A stretch of 64,000 nucleotides of DNA from the human T2T-CHM13v2.0 reference genome, Homo sapiens, in the NCBI RefSeq assembly GCF_009914755.1, contig NC_060947.1, one strand, 5' to 3'. Positions 1 to 20,330 of this stretch are shown in pieces. The notes under the pieces are model-generated. The model had not been told where the DNA came from and made no database searches. It saw only the letters and a list, made by a program, of their open reading frames with translations. Position 1 is the stretch's first letter. The number at the start of each line of letters is the position of its first letter. The translations under genes and the position numbers were made by a program.

Positions 1-1971
1 AATCCTAAAATTTATATGGGACCATAAAAGACCCAGCATAGCCAAAGCTATACTGAGCAAGATGAACAAAACAGGAGGAATCACATTACTTGACTTCAAA
101 TTATACTACAGAGATATAGTAATCAAAACAACGTGGTACTCACATAAAAACAGACATATAGACCATTGAAACAGAATAGAGAACCCAGAAGCAAATCCAA
201 ACATCTACAGAGAGCTCATTTTTCACAAAGGTGCCAAGAACATAAATTGGGGAAAAGAGAGTCTCTTCAATAAATGATGCTTGGAAAACTGGATATTCAT
301 GTGCAGCAGGATGAAACTAGACCTCTATGTCTTACTACGTACAAAAATAAAACCCAAATAGATGCAAGACTTAAATCTAAGACCTAAAACTATGAAACCA
401 CTACAAGGAAACATTGGGGAAATTCTCCAAGACATTGGTCTGGGCAAAACTTTCTTGTGTCGTATTCCACAAGCACAGGAAACCAAAGCAAAAATGGACA
501 AATAGAATCACATGAAGTTAAAAAGCTTCTGCAAGCCATAAAAAATGATGAGTTCATGTCCTTTGTAGGGACGTGGATGAAACTGGAAATCATCATTCTC
601 AGCAAACTATCGCAAGGACAAAAAACCAAACACCACATGTTCTCACTCATAGGTGGGAATTGAACACATAGGTTCTCATTAGAACACATGGACACAGGAA
701 GGGGAACATCACACTCCAGGGACTGTTGTGGGGTGGGGGGAGGGGGAAGGGATAGCATTAGGAGATATACCTAATGCTAAATGACGAGTTAATGGGTGCA
801 GCACACCAACATGGCACATGTATACATATGTAACAAACCTGCACATTGTGCACATGTACCCTAAAACTTAAAGTATAATAATAAAAAAAAGCTTCTGCAC
901 AACAAGGGAAACAATAAACAACACTAAGAGACAACCCGCAGAATGTGAGAAAATATTTGCAAACTACCCATCTGACAAGGGATTAATAACCAGAATATAT
1001 AAGGAGCTCAAACAACTCTATAGGAAAATATCTAATAATCTGATCATAAAATGGGCAAAAAGATAGAATAGACATTTCTCAAAAGAAGATATACAATGGC
1101 AAACAGGCACATGAAAGGGTGCTCAACATCACTGATCATCAGAGAAATGCAAATCAGAACTACAATGACAGATCATCTCAGACCAGTTAAAATGGCTTAT
1201 ATCCAATAGAAAGGCAATAACACATGCTGGAGAGGTTGTGGAGAAAAGGGAACCCTTGCACACTGTTGGTAGGAAAGTAAATTACTACAGCCACTATGGA
1301 GAGCAGTTTGGAGGTTTCTCAAAAAACTAAAAATTAAACTACCATAAGATCCAGCAATCCTACTGCCATATGTATACTCAAAAGAAAGAAAATCACTATA
1401 TCAAAGAGATAGCTGCACTCCCATGTTTGTAGCAGCACTATTCACAATAGTGCAGATATGGAATCAACCTCTGTGTCCAGCAACAGATAAATGTATAAAG
1501 AAAATGCAGTACCTACACACAATGGAATATTATTCAACCCTAAAAAGAATGAAATTCTGCCATTTGTAACAACATGGATGGAACTGGAGGACATTATGTT
1601 AAGTGAAATAAACTAGGCACAGAAAGACAAACATCACATATTCTCACTTATTTGTGGGATCTAAATATCAAAACAATAGAACTCATGGAGATAGAGAGTA
1701 GAGGGATGGTGACCAGAGTTTGGAAAGGATAATTGAGTGTGGGGGCAGGTGGGGACGCTACACTAAAAATATAAAGAATGAATAAGACCAAGTATTTGCT
1801 AGCACAACAGGGTGACTATAGTCTATAATAATTTAATTCTACATTTGAAAATAATCAAAACAGTATAATTGGATTATTTGTAACACAAAGGATAAATGCT
1901 TGAGGAAATAGATACCCAATTTTCCTTGATGTGACTCTTACTCATTGCAATGCCTGTACTAAAACATCTCA
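1..1971 (+). mobile_element. Older L1 (L1MA2/3-like) ORF2 3' end and 3' UTR, interrupted twice
   Basis: Degenerate ORF2 C-terminal sequence. L1MA-type 3' UTR (aactcatggagatagagagtag...gtaacacaaaggataaatgcttg). Its terminus resumes at ~11206. Confidence 0.85.
534..885 (+). mobile_element. 5'-truncated young L1 (L1PA3/4-like) 3' end nested in the L1MA
   Basis: L1PA 3' UTR with G-rich tract and poly(A). TSD aaaaagcttctgca at 520-533 and 886-899. Confidence 0.92.
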
Positions 1972-7978
<6,007 letters not shown>

Positions 7979-8007
7979 GCTATGTGATTTGGAAAAGAAA
8001 ACAAAAA

Positions 8008-8150
8008 CAATAGCTGATGAGCTAAAAAAAATTGCAAAAAAAAGCAAACTCATTATGTTTTAAGAAAGTTTACAAATTTGACTTGGGCTGCATTCAAAAC
8101 CATCTGGGGTCATATATGCCCTGCAGGCCATGGGTTTGACAAGCTTAGTC
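8008..8150 (+). mobile_element. MER30 hAT MITE, 3' half only
   Basis: atagctgatgagctaaaaaaaattgc...aagaaagtttacaaatttg...gacaagctt. Confidence 0.75.
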
Positions 8151-8195
8151 TAAGGCTGGGGAAAAAGCACATTTTCGAGAAAATAAAAGTCAGAA

Positions 8196-8490
8196 TTTTT
8201 TTTATTTTGGGGACAAGGTTTCACTCTGTCACCTGGGCTGGAGTGCAGTGACACAATCACGGCTCACTACAGACTCGACCTCCCTGTACTCAGGTGATCC
8301 TCCTGCTTCAGCCTCCTAAGTGGCTGGGACTACAGGCTTGCACCATCAGGCCTGGCTAATTTTTGTATTTTTTGTAGTGATGAAGTCTCACTGTGTTGCC
8401 CAGGCTGGTCTTGAACTCCTGACCTCAGGCTATCTGCCCACCTCAGCCTCCCTAGGTGCTGGGATTGCAGGCATGAGCCACTGCACCCTG
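8196..8490 (-). mobile_element. Old Alu (AluJ-like)
   Basis: T-rich start, diverged Alu dimer in reverse orientation. Confidence 0.9.
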
Positions 8491-8607
8491 CTGAAAATCA
8501 GAAAATTTTGATCCACACTGGGGATGGGGAGTAACTGGTTAGAAACTGAGTGAACAACAAGGAGGACGGACTAGTCTAGACAGAAACTTAAGAGAGAGAG
8601 AGAGAGA

Positions 8608-8968
8608 GGCCATATGCAGTGGCTCATGACTGTGGTCCCAGCACTTTGGGAGGCTAAGGTGGGCGAATCACCTGAGCCCGGGATTTCGAGACTAGCCTGG
8701 GCGGCATAGGGAGACACTGTCTCTACAAAGACAAAAACAAACAAACAAACAAAAAATTAAAAATAGCCAAGTGTGGTGGGGCACCCCTGTGGTCCCAGCT
8801 GCTCAGGAGGCTGAGGCAGAAGGACTGCTTGAGCCTAGGAGATCGTGGTTACAGTGAGCTATGATCGTGTCACTGCACTCCAGCCTGGGTGACAGAACGA
8901 GACCCTGTTTCAAAGCAAAAGACAAAACAAAACAAAACCCAACCAACAAAACAAAACAAAAACAAAAA
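8608..8968 (+). mobile_element. Old Alu (AluJ-like) with (CAAAA)n tail
   Basis: ggccatatgcagtggctc...cactccagcctgggtgacaga; J-type cttgagcc. Confidence 0.9.
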
Positions 8969-9104
8969 GAGGAGAGAGTCTTTATGATGGTGCTACAGAA
9001 GAGCCCTGCTATGAGGAAGGTAGGGCACATTTCAGGAGTCCCTTATGGTCTTCTTTAGATTTCTAAATTTTCTATTTTTATCTGGTCTTCCCATCTTCCA
9101 TTCA

Positions 9105-9306
9105 CTCGTCCTCAACCTGGGTTTAGAGGACTGGCCCTGCCTAGGAGTGTTTGTAAATGCCTAGGGGAGTTGTGGTTGTCACAACTGGGGCTCTACTGCC
9201 TTGTAAGGGGCAGGGCCAGGGATGCTAAGAAGCCTGAAGCTCTTGGTCTTGCAGGTGAAAAAATTGCCTGTCCCAAAGACCAAGATACCAGATTGAGGAA
9301 CACCAG
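9105..9306. mobile_element. MER20-family DNA transposon fragment
   Basis: ggttgtcacaactgggg...ggccagggatgctaa...ttgaggaacacc. Confidence 0.55.
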
Positions 9307-9874
9307 TCCCTGCACTACCTCACCTAGCCTCTAGGGGTGTTCTTCTCCCCTGCAGAGCTGGCCTGAGTTTGGCCTGACTCTGCCATCCCCTATCAGACTC
9401 AGCCTGATTTGGAATTTTCAAATGGAAATTTCTAAAGAAACTAAGAATACAGATGGGAAATTATCAAAGAAAGCAACAAACCATAAAAACAGAGGAGCAT
9501 CAACAGATTTCTGAGGCTAAGGAAGCTCAAGTCTATTTAGCCTAATCATTTTTTTTTAACTCACAATTTTCCTGATTGAAACAATTTACTAGGTGCAGAG
9601 GCCTCATTTCTTTCCTTATGCTAAGGACACTACAGCCAGTCATAGCTCAGGCTGGCCCTGATGCTGGCCTGGTAGTATGTTTAAGCTTTCTAGAGGCCAG
9701 TCTCTGGATCTTTTTCTGGGTGTGACCCAGAAAGACCATGGGCTCAAGTCACTCCAGTCTCAAGCTGCTTTGGCCTTCTGGCCTCTCCTCAGTTTTTGAC
9801 CCCTTGCACTGGCCCCACACATCAGGTCTTTCTGAGCAAGGTGTGGCCTTCTCTTTTGCATTTAGAGTAAGGGT

Positions 9875-10290
9875 CAAGTAATGCTAGAAGCTGTGATGGA
9901 GTTCTCATCAACGCTCATGGTTCCAGACAAGAACAGTTGCTTTTTCACTCACTTACAGCCTAAAACCAATGGTACCAATTGGTGGCAGGTCTCCTCCAAG
10001 TGGTAATTCTGAACTCTAGGCTCCTTTCATCTGGTGGCTTCTCCATCTTCATCGTGTGGGTTCTCCGCATGGAGCCTGCAGAAGAGGAGAGGGCATGGAG
10101 GATTGCCTGCACGTGGTTTTCATGAGCCAAGCCTAGAATTACCACACATGACTTGTGCTCATATTTTACTGGCAGGAATGGAGACACATGCCCCCACCCC
10201 TCAGCTGCAGGAGATGCTGGGAAATGTAACCTAGCTGTGTGTTCAGGAAGATGAAGAATTGGGTTTGATGACCAGTCAGCAGTACATACC
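9875..10290 (-). mobile_element. MLT1 (MaLR) LTR, old subfamily
   Basis: ctcctttcatctggtggct...gctgggaaatgtaacctagctgtgtg...gggtttgatgaccag. Confidence 0.6.
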
Positions 10291-10387
10291 TCCATCTCCC
10301 CAGAAATGGGCTTCTAGAAGTCCTATTTTCCTTTTTCTCTACAATTTTTTGGCAGGTCTAAAGCAATATACTGGTCATGAATAAGTG

Positions 10388-10930
10388 GCTGGGTCCTCAA
10401 AAAGTTAAACATAGGATTATCATATAATCCTACAATGCTACTCCTAGGCTTATACACAAAGGAAATTTAAAGCAGGTACTCAACCAAATACATGAACACA
10501 CATGTTCATAGTAGCACTATTCACCCTAGCCAAATACTTATTGATGGAATGAATGGATAACCAAACTGTAGTACAGATATACAAAGGAATATTATTCAGC
10601 CATAGAAAAGAATTAAGTAGTGATACATACTACAATGTGGATGATTATGCTAAGTGAAAGAAGCCAGACAAAAAGTCACATGTTGCATGGTTCCATTTGT
10701 ATGAAACGTCCGGAATAGTGAAACCCATACAGATGGAAAAAAGACTGGTGGTTGCCCAGAACTGCGGAGTAACTGCTTAATGGAGACTGTTTGGGGATGA
10801 TGAAAATGTTTTAGAACTGGCTGAAGATGGTTTTTGCACAACGTTGTGAATGTACTAAATGCCACTGAATTGTTCACTGAAAATGGTTAATTTCATGTTA
10901 TGTAAATTTTACCTCATTTAAAAAAATGTT
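10388..10930 (+). mobile_element. L1MB/L1M 3' end fragment
   Basis: cctcaaaaagttaaacatag...gtgaatgtactaaatgccactgaattgttcac...A-rich end. Confidence 0.75.
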
Positions 10931-11205
10931 TAAATGATTCTAAAAGAAAGAAAAAATGGATGGATTTTTTGCTTTGGTTTTGTTTTTAACGAAGCCTAGT
11001 TTTTACGCATTATTTGTTGTTAATTTTTCTGGTCTGCATCACATAAGATGTATCTTAGCAATTGAGCTGCTCCAGCAACTTAACTCCATCCTGTACGCTT
11101 TCTAAAGACATTGGAGAAGCAACTAATTTTTCCTTAACTCTACAGACTCTCTCGTTGCGTTTGGTTTCTGATAATATAAAATGCATTTCTGATACCTAGA
11201 AAAAA

Positions 11206-11272
11206 AAAGCATCTCATGTATCCTATAGATATGTACACCTACTATATACCCAAAGAAATTAAAAATTCAAAG
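11206..11272 (+). mobile_element. Terminal ~65 bp of the L1MA element begun at 1-1971
   Basis: catctcatgtatcctatagatatgtacacctactatatacccaaagaaattaaaaatt continues the 3' UTR broken at 1971. Confidence 0.82.
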
Positions 11273-11566
11273 AAAACCCAGCCTGGTATAATAACATGGG
11301 GTAAGAATTAAAAATGCGAATTGGCATTATTTTCCCTGTAACCTAGAAGGAAGGAAGATTATGGAGAATAAAAATATGGGTATAAAAAGACCAGGACCTG
11401 TACTCCCTCCAGTTCTAGAGGAGCGGTAGGACTTGTGCTCAAGATATGATGGTAGGGAAGTTGGGGCCAGCAAACACTGCTCTGTGCCTTTATACTCCAG
11501 ACACTATCACAGCCTGGCCTAGCTAGTATCATCAGATTTTGAACTTCATAGCAAAAATTATTCTTG

Positions 11567-13965
<2,399 letters not shown>

Positions 13966-14559
13966 TATTATTATTGGAGACAATCTGCTTTGGAGGTTGC
14001 CAAGGTGAGCTAGGCAGCAGAGTCACCTGAAGAGTTTTAAAAATTCAGATTCCTGGGCTTCACCTTGGAGCTATTGAGTCAGGATCTCCTGGAGGCAGAG
14101 CCTGAGCATCTATATATTTTTAAAAATCCAGATTAATTTTTAATAAACATTTTCAAGCATAAACACAAGTGGAAAAATAGTATGAAATTTTTTTATCTTC
14201 CCGTTACCCAGTTTCAACATTTATCTGCACATGGCCACTGCATTCCCCCTTCACTAATTCATCTTTTCATTAGTTTATTTTATAGCAAATCCCAAACATC
14301 ATCTCATTTCATCCCCAAATATTTCAGTACATATTTGTAAAAGACAAGGATTCTTTTTTCCCCAACATTACCACAATATTATCACAGATTAAGAAGTTAA
14401 CAGTAATTTCTTAATATCATCAAATATCCACTTAGTATTCAAATTTCTCTGATTTTCTTATATTTACAGTTGGTTTGTTTGAATTGGGATCCAATCCAAA
14501 ATCCAGAGATAACATTTAGTTGATTTGTATGTTAACTCTCTTTTAACCTGTAAATTACT

Positions 14560-14775
14560 AGTGGTGGGCAGAGTAATTACCCTCTCTGCAAAGATTCCCA
14601 CATTCTAATCTCTGAAAGCTTTGAATATGTCAGGTTACATGACAAAGAGAAATTAAGGTTGTAGACAGAATTAAGTTTCCTAATCAGCTGGTATTAAGGA
14701 GATTACCCTGGGTTATCTGAGTAGGCACAATGTCATCAAAAGACTTCTGAAAAGTGGAAAAAGGAAGCAGAAAAG
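14560..14775 (+). mobile_element. MLT1 (MLT1D-like) LTR fragment
   Basis: gtggtgggcagagtaatt...tgaatatgtcaggttacatg...ggagattaccctgggttatc. Confidence 0.6.
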
Positions 14776-14859
14776 AATGACATCCTGGAATGGTTACCCC
14801 AACACTGTCTCCTGCACCCTCTGGTTCAGAGTCCAGGATCATAGCTCTTATGAGAAAAG

Positions 14860-14932
14860 ACACACACACACGGGCGTGCACACATACACACACACCCGTG
14901 TGCACACATACACACACACCCATATACACACA
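14860..14932. repeat. Interrupted (CA)n microsatellite
   Basis: Seen directly in sequence. Confidence 0.9.
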
Positions 14933-16573
14933 TATAACTAATATAAATAGAGTTCATTATAGTTTACAAAAGCACTTTACCATCCACTAAGCCATTCAAG
15001 CCTCCCTGAAACCCTGGGAAGTGTGATAAATAAAGACTATTATCCTCATTTTACATACGAGCAACAGAGAGGCTCAAAGAGATAAATTCGCTTAACCCAA
15101 GTCACAAGGATGTCAGATCTGTCTGACCCCAGACATTTTGCGGTTTGATTTTCCACTCATGTATTTCCTATGCCCCTCATGTGCCCACATACAGGCCCAA
15201 GCCCACCCAAGTTCCTGAGCCAATCCCCAATCAGGGCAGTAACTCAGTCAGCAGCTTTTGCCCACCAAGAAATCAGACTTGAAATTAGTATGTATTGCCA
15301 ATCAGAGTGCTGCCCAGGGCACTATGGAATAACAGCCACCATTTATTGAATGCCTGCCAAACATTTTTTCTAAGAACTTAGATGGATTTCTTACAACACT
15401 ACCTTTTATAGCTTACAGAAGGAAATGAGGTTTAAAAGATTATTGACTTGCCCATTGTCACACAACCAATATGTGGAAGATCCAAGTTTCAAACTCAGAT
15501 CAGCATAAATGCAAACTGTTCTTCACCTATACCTCCTATGCTGCCTTACCACATGTGATTCTAAGCACCACATGGCCTCAAAGTGACAACCCTCAGTCCT
15601 CTTCACTGAGGGAGCAGGAGAAAAGGTAACTAGCAGCTAACCGGGAAATGCTAGAGGTCCAAATGGGTTTGGGGACCATGAATGCTAAATGGGGCCAGGT
15701 AACATGGGGCTGGAAAGTGATTCCAGCAGCATTGACTGTCCAGGACAACAGCAGCAGTGATCTTTGACTTGGATTTCTCTGGGCAGCATAGAGGAAGGAT
15801 GGGGACAAGGAGAACTGTTGGTATTGCCAAGTGAAATGTTGAAGCAATGGACCGGGGGTCCAAGCTGTGGAAAAATGTCAGGATGGAATGGATGGACCAG
15901 GAGAGGGTCCCAGGCCTGAGGCCTCTGTGAGGTCCAGGAGAAGGTGAGAAGGAGGGACTGTGGGAGAAAAGAGTAAGACTAGAAAATGTGACAGGGTTCT
16001 GTTGGGCAGAGAGGAGACATGAAATCATAAAATTTCAGTGGTAGAGCCCTTTTGGGTGTGGACAGATCTGGGTATTAGGGGTTGAAATGGAACAGAGATG
16101 AAGGTTTAACAGGCTTTTATTTGGAACGGAAGGAACCAATGCCTTCTCTTAAGAGATGGGTTTTGGCCAGTGAAGACCGTCCTGTCCCTGGGAGTGATTC
16201 AGTATCAGGCTTCTTAGATGGCATATGGTGCTGAATCTCTCCCAAAACAGGGTTGACCTGTCCTATAGTGCTGAACTCCTTTATGCCAAACTCTCTACCA
16301 CAGTTAATTGGCATTTGAGTCCCTTACATGGCATGGAATGCAGCAACAATGGCCAGAGGCTTTGTTTGATCATGTTGTGGACAGGGCCATTTCTGGATGC
16401 CCCCAGAAAAGTGAGGAGCCAGTAGGTAGACATCTGTCTTTTTAGATGAATCAGGACATAAGTAGCGTCAAAAACTCGGAATAACATGGAATTCAGGAGG
16501 AGACCTCAGTTCTAGCCCTGCCTCGGTAATAGACTGATTTGTTACTTTGTGCTAGTTTCTTCTCCTGTCTGGA

Positions 16574-17094
16574 GATATATATATCATATATATATGATAT
16601 ATATATCATATATATATCATATATATGATATATATATCATATATATCATATGTATATGATATATATGATATATATATCATATATATGATATATATGATAT
16701 ATATATGATATATATGATATATATATGATATATATATCATATATATGATATATATATCATATATATCATATATATCATATATATATCATATATATCATAT
16801 ATATCTCATATATATGATATATATATCATATATAGCATATATATCATATATATATCATATATATATCATATATATATCATATATATCATATATATCATAT
16901 ATATCATATATATCATATATAGCATATATATATCATATATATCATATATAGCATATATATATCATATATATGATATATATATCATATATAGTATATATAT
17001 CATATATATGATATATATATCATATATAGCATATATATAGCATATATATAATATTTAATATATATAATAAGATATATATATGATATATATATAT
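16574..17094. repeat. ~520 bp AT-rich (TA)n / TATCA / TGATA compound microsatellite
   Basis: Seen directly; abuts the tail end of a minus-strand Alu. Confidence 0.97.
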
Positions 17095-17383
17095 TCGAAA
17101 TGGAGTCTCACTCTGTCACCCAGGCTGGAGTGCAGTGGTGCCATCTCGGCTCACTGCAACCTCCACCTCCCGGGTTGAAGTGATTCTTCTGCCTCAGCCT
17201 CCAGGGTAACTGGGACTACAGGCGTGCACCACCACGCCCAGCTAATTTTTGTATTTTTTTTTTAGTAGAGACAGGGTTTCACCATGTTGGCCAGGCTAGT
17301 TTTGAACTCCTAACCTCAGGTGATCCAGTCGCCTTGACCTCCCAAAGTGCTAGGATTACAGACGTGAGCCACCGTGCCTGGCC
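17095..17383 (-). mobile_element. AluS-type element
   Basis: Full dimer in reverse, acctcaggtgatcc. Confidence 0.93.
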
Positions 17384-17424
17384 AAGCCATATTTTTAAAG
17401 TGAGTTGACACCCTACCAGAGTAG

Positions 17425-17923
<499 letters not shown>

Positions 17924-18453
17924 GACATTTCTATCTTGGAAACGCATAGCAGCCATTTGTTTTTTTCGGGGAACTCCTGGGCTGGTTCTTCATTTTGCCC
18001 AGGTGTTACTAAATATCAACTGCTATTTCTTCCACCTTCTGAATGGAACCGAGATGCCTCCTGGTGGGCAGTGTAGTTACACGTACATGGTCAGGGTGCT
18101 GAAGAATGCCTGGAGTCAGAGTTGGGAGTAGGACCCAGAAACCAAGGATGGTGTTTCAGTGGCCTTAGAGATGGTGCGCTATGGAATTGAAGGCAGGACA
18201 AAGACCAGGACTACTGTGAGTTGGGGAAGAGAAAAAAGCAGGCATAACTGCTACTGCCCTGTGGGAGAGGTTCTGTAACAGGTGCACTCTATCACCAGCA
18301 GGAGGCAGCATCTGCCCAGATGGCAGAATGAGTGTGTCAGGGCCAGACCTCCAACTGTCCACAGCCCCTGAGCATGGATTAGAAATAATAGTTGACAGCT
18401 GTTCTTAACAGAAAAATAATAGACTCACAGCACAGCTGGGCACACAGGTGCAG

Positions 18454-18566
18454 TAAGGTGACCAAGCATCCCAGTTTGCCCAGGACTGAGGGGTTTCCCA
18501 AGATGTAGGACTTTACATTTTAAAACCAGGACAGTCCTGGGAAAACTGGGACAATTGGTCACCCTA
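18454..18566. mobile_element. MER81 hAT-type MITE
   Basis: Terminal inverted repeats taaggtgacca / tggtcacccta, ~113 bp. Confidence 0.75.
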
Positions 18567-19160
18567 AGTGGGAGTGCAGAGAGGCACTTTCTATGCCTCT
18601 CTCCATTACTCACATGCTCTCCCTGGTGCTCTTCAAATTCCTTGGAAGTAAGTGAGCGCTATGCTGATTATATGAAGTCAAATTATAAAGTGTATTGAAC
18701 GCTGGAAAGTAAACCAAGGTTTTGGGGCAACGAAGTAACATTGCCAGATAGATATTATCTTTCCCCGATATTTCATCTTGAAGGTACTATGAAATATTAT
18801 TAAATTACAATGAAATACAGAAAATTTTATAGTTAGCAGCCATATATTCCCACCTAGATCCTACAATTAGCATTTTGCTGGACTTATTTTTACCACATAT
18901 CTATCCTTCTATTCATCCATCAATCCACCTAAATTTTGATGCATTTCAAAATAGTTGCACACATCATCAGTTCACTCCATCTTTAAATATGCTTATTAGT
19001 AAAATTGATATGTATATTAATGTATAGCATTAATATTGCTTACAGATTTTTTCTTTTGAGGTAAAATTTACATACAATTAAATATACAGAACTTAAGTGT
19101 ATCTCTAAAAGAGCGATACACTTATGTAATCCTAACTCTATGAATATATAGAACTACCAC

Positions 19161-19703
19161 TGTGCCGGAAAGAGTTAACTTAGTCGTCTCGACTGTTATC
19201 CTTCAAAAGAACTGTTCACAAGGTAGGCACTTGGCTGGCATCTGGGAAGTTGAATTTTAGGACAGTTCCCACCATTCTATGGTAAGGATGGCTCATTGTT
19301 TCTAACTCCATGCAAATAATATGGTTTATGCTTCACATCGGCTTTCCTTTGGGGAGTGTGGAATTTTGACACATGCTAGGCAGAGCCCTCAATTAAAAAA
19401 AAATCAGCACACTGAGTCTCCAGTGACCTTCCTGGTAGACAATATTTTACAGTGTTGTCACAGCTAATTGCTGGTGGAATTAAGTGCATCCTGTGTGATT
19501 CCACTAAGAAATGACTCTTGGAAGCCTATACCTGGTTTCCTCTGACTTTACCCCATCTCCCTTTTATTTGGCTGCTCTTGCTTTGTATCCTTTAACTGTA
19601 ATAAATCATGAACATGGACTGGAATAAATCATGATGCTGAAACCTGTGAGTCCTCCTATAAAATCTTCTAACATGGAAGTGGTCTTGAGAACTTCCATCA
19701 AAA
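19161..19703 (+). mobile_element. Solo LTR (MER68/MER21 group) inside an old L1M fragment
   Basis: tgtgccggaaagagttaac...ttggctggcatctggg...aataaatcatg...gtggtcttg. Confidence 0.65.
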
Positions 19704-19979
19704 CCACCATCCCAGAAACTTTCCTCATTCCCCTTCTGTAATAATCCTAACCCTCCATCCTTCAGAAACATTGTTCAATTTCTTTCCCTATAAATTCATT
19801 TTGCCTCTTCTAGAACTTCTTATAAATGGACTCATACAGGATTTACCCTTGTGTCTGACTTCTTTCAGTCAGCATAATGTTTTTTTTAAGATCCATGTGT
19901 TGTCCAATATATCAAGAATTTGCTTCTTTTCTTGCTAAATAGTACTCTATTATATAAATGTGTCATAGTTTGTTTATCT

Positions 19980-20330
19980 ATTTTTTTAATTTCAATAGTT
20001 TTTGGGGAACACGATTTTGACTTTTGGTTACATGGATAAGTTCTTTAATGGTGATTTCTGAGATTTTGGTACACCCATCACCTGAGCAGTGTACACTGTA
20101 CTCAGTGTGTAGTCTTTTATCCCTCACCCCAGTCCTGCCCTTCCACTCGAGTCCCCAAAGTCCATTATATCATTCTTATGCCTTTGCATCCTCATAAGTT
20201 AACTCCCACTTATAAGTGAAAACGTAAGATATTTGGTTTTCCATTCCTGAGTTACGTTACTTGGAATAATGGTCTCCAACTGCATCCAGGTTGCTGTGAA
20301 TGCCATTATTTCATTCCTTCTTATGGCTGA
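19980..20330 (-). mobile_element. L1PB-type 3' end
   Basis: ttttggttacatggataagttctttaatggtgatttctgag...cccacttataagtgaaaac. Confidence 0.8.

Larger units (their letters stand above)
7979..11208 (+). other. 3'-transduced genomic segment carried by the L1PA5 insertion, ending in poly(A)
   Basis: Lies between the L1 tail and the second TSD copy (11206-11216). The interrupted L1MA 3' end resumes right after it. Confidence 0.8.

Noticed and set aside
8196-8968. Closely spaced inverted Alu pair as an instability or editing site
   Set aside because: Old, diverged Alus outside any identified transcript; a common arrangement.
15593-16487. Cluster of short ORFs with a minus-strand AATAAA near 16120
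   Set aside because: No recognisable protein, poly(A)/TSD or splice structure. The left part looks like decayed L2.
16745-16951. 68 aa YISYI-repeat ORF; the periodic array also looks superficially CRISPR-like
   Set aside because: An AT microsatellite with no unique spacers, in eukaryotic DNA.
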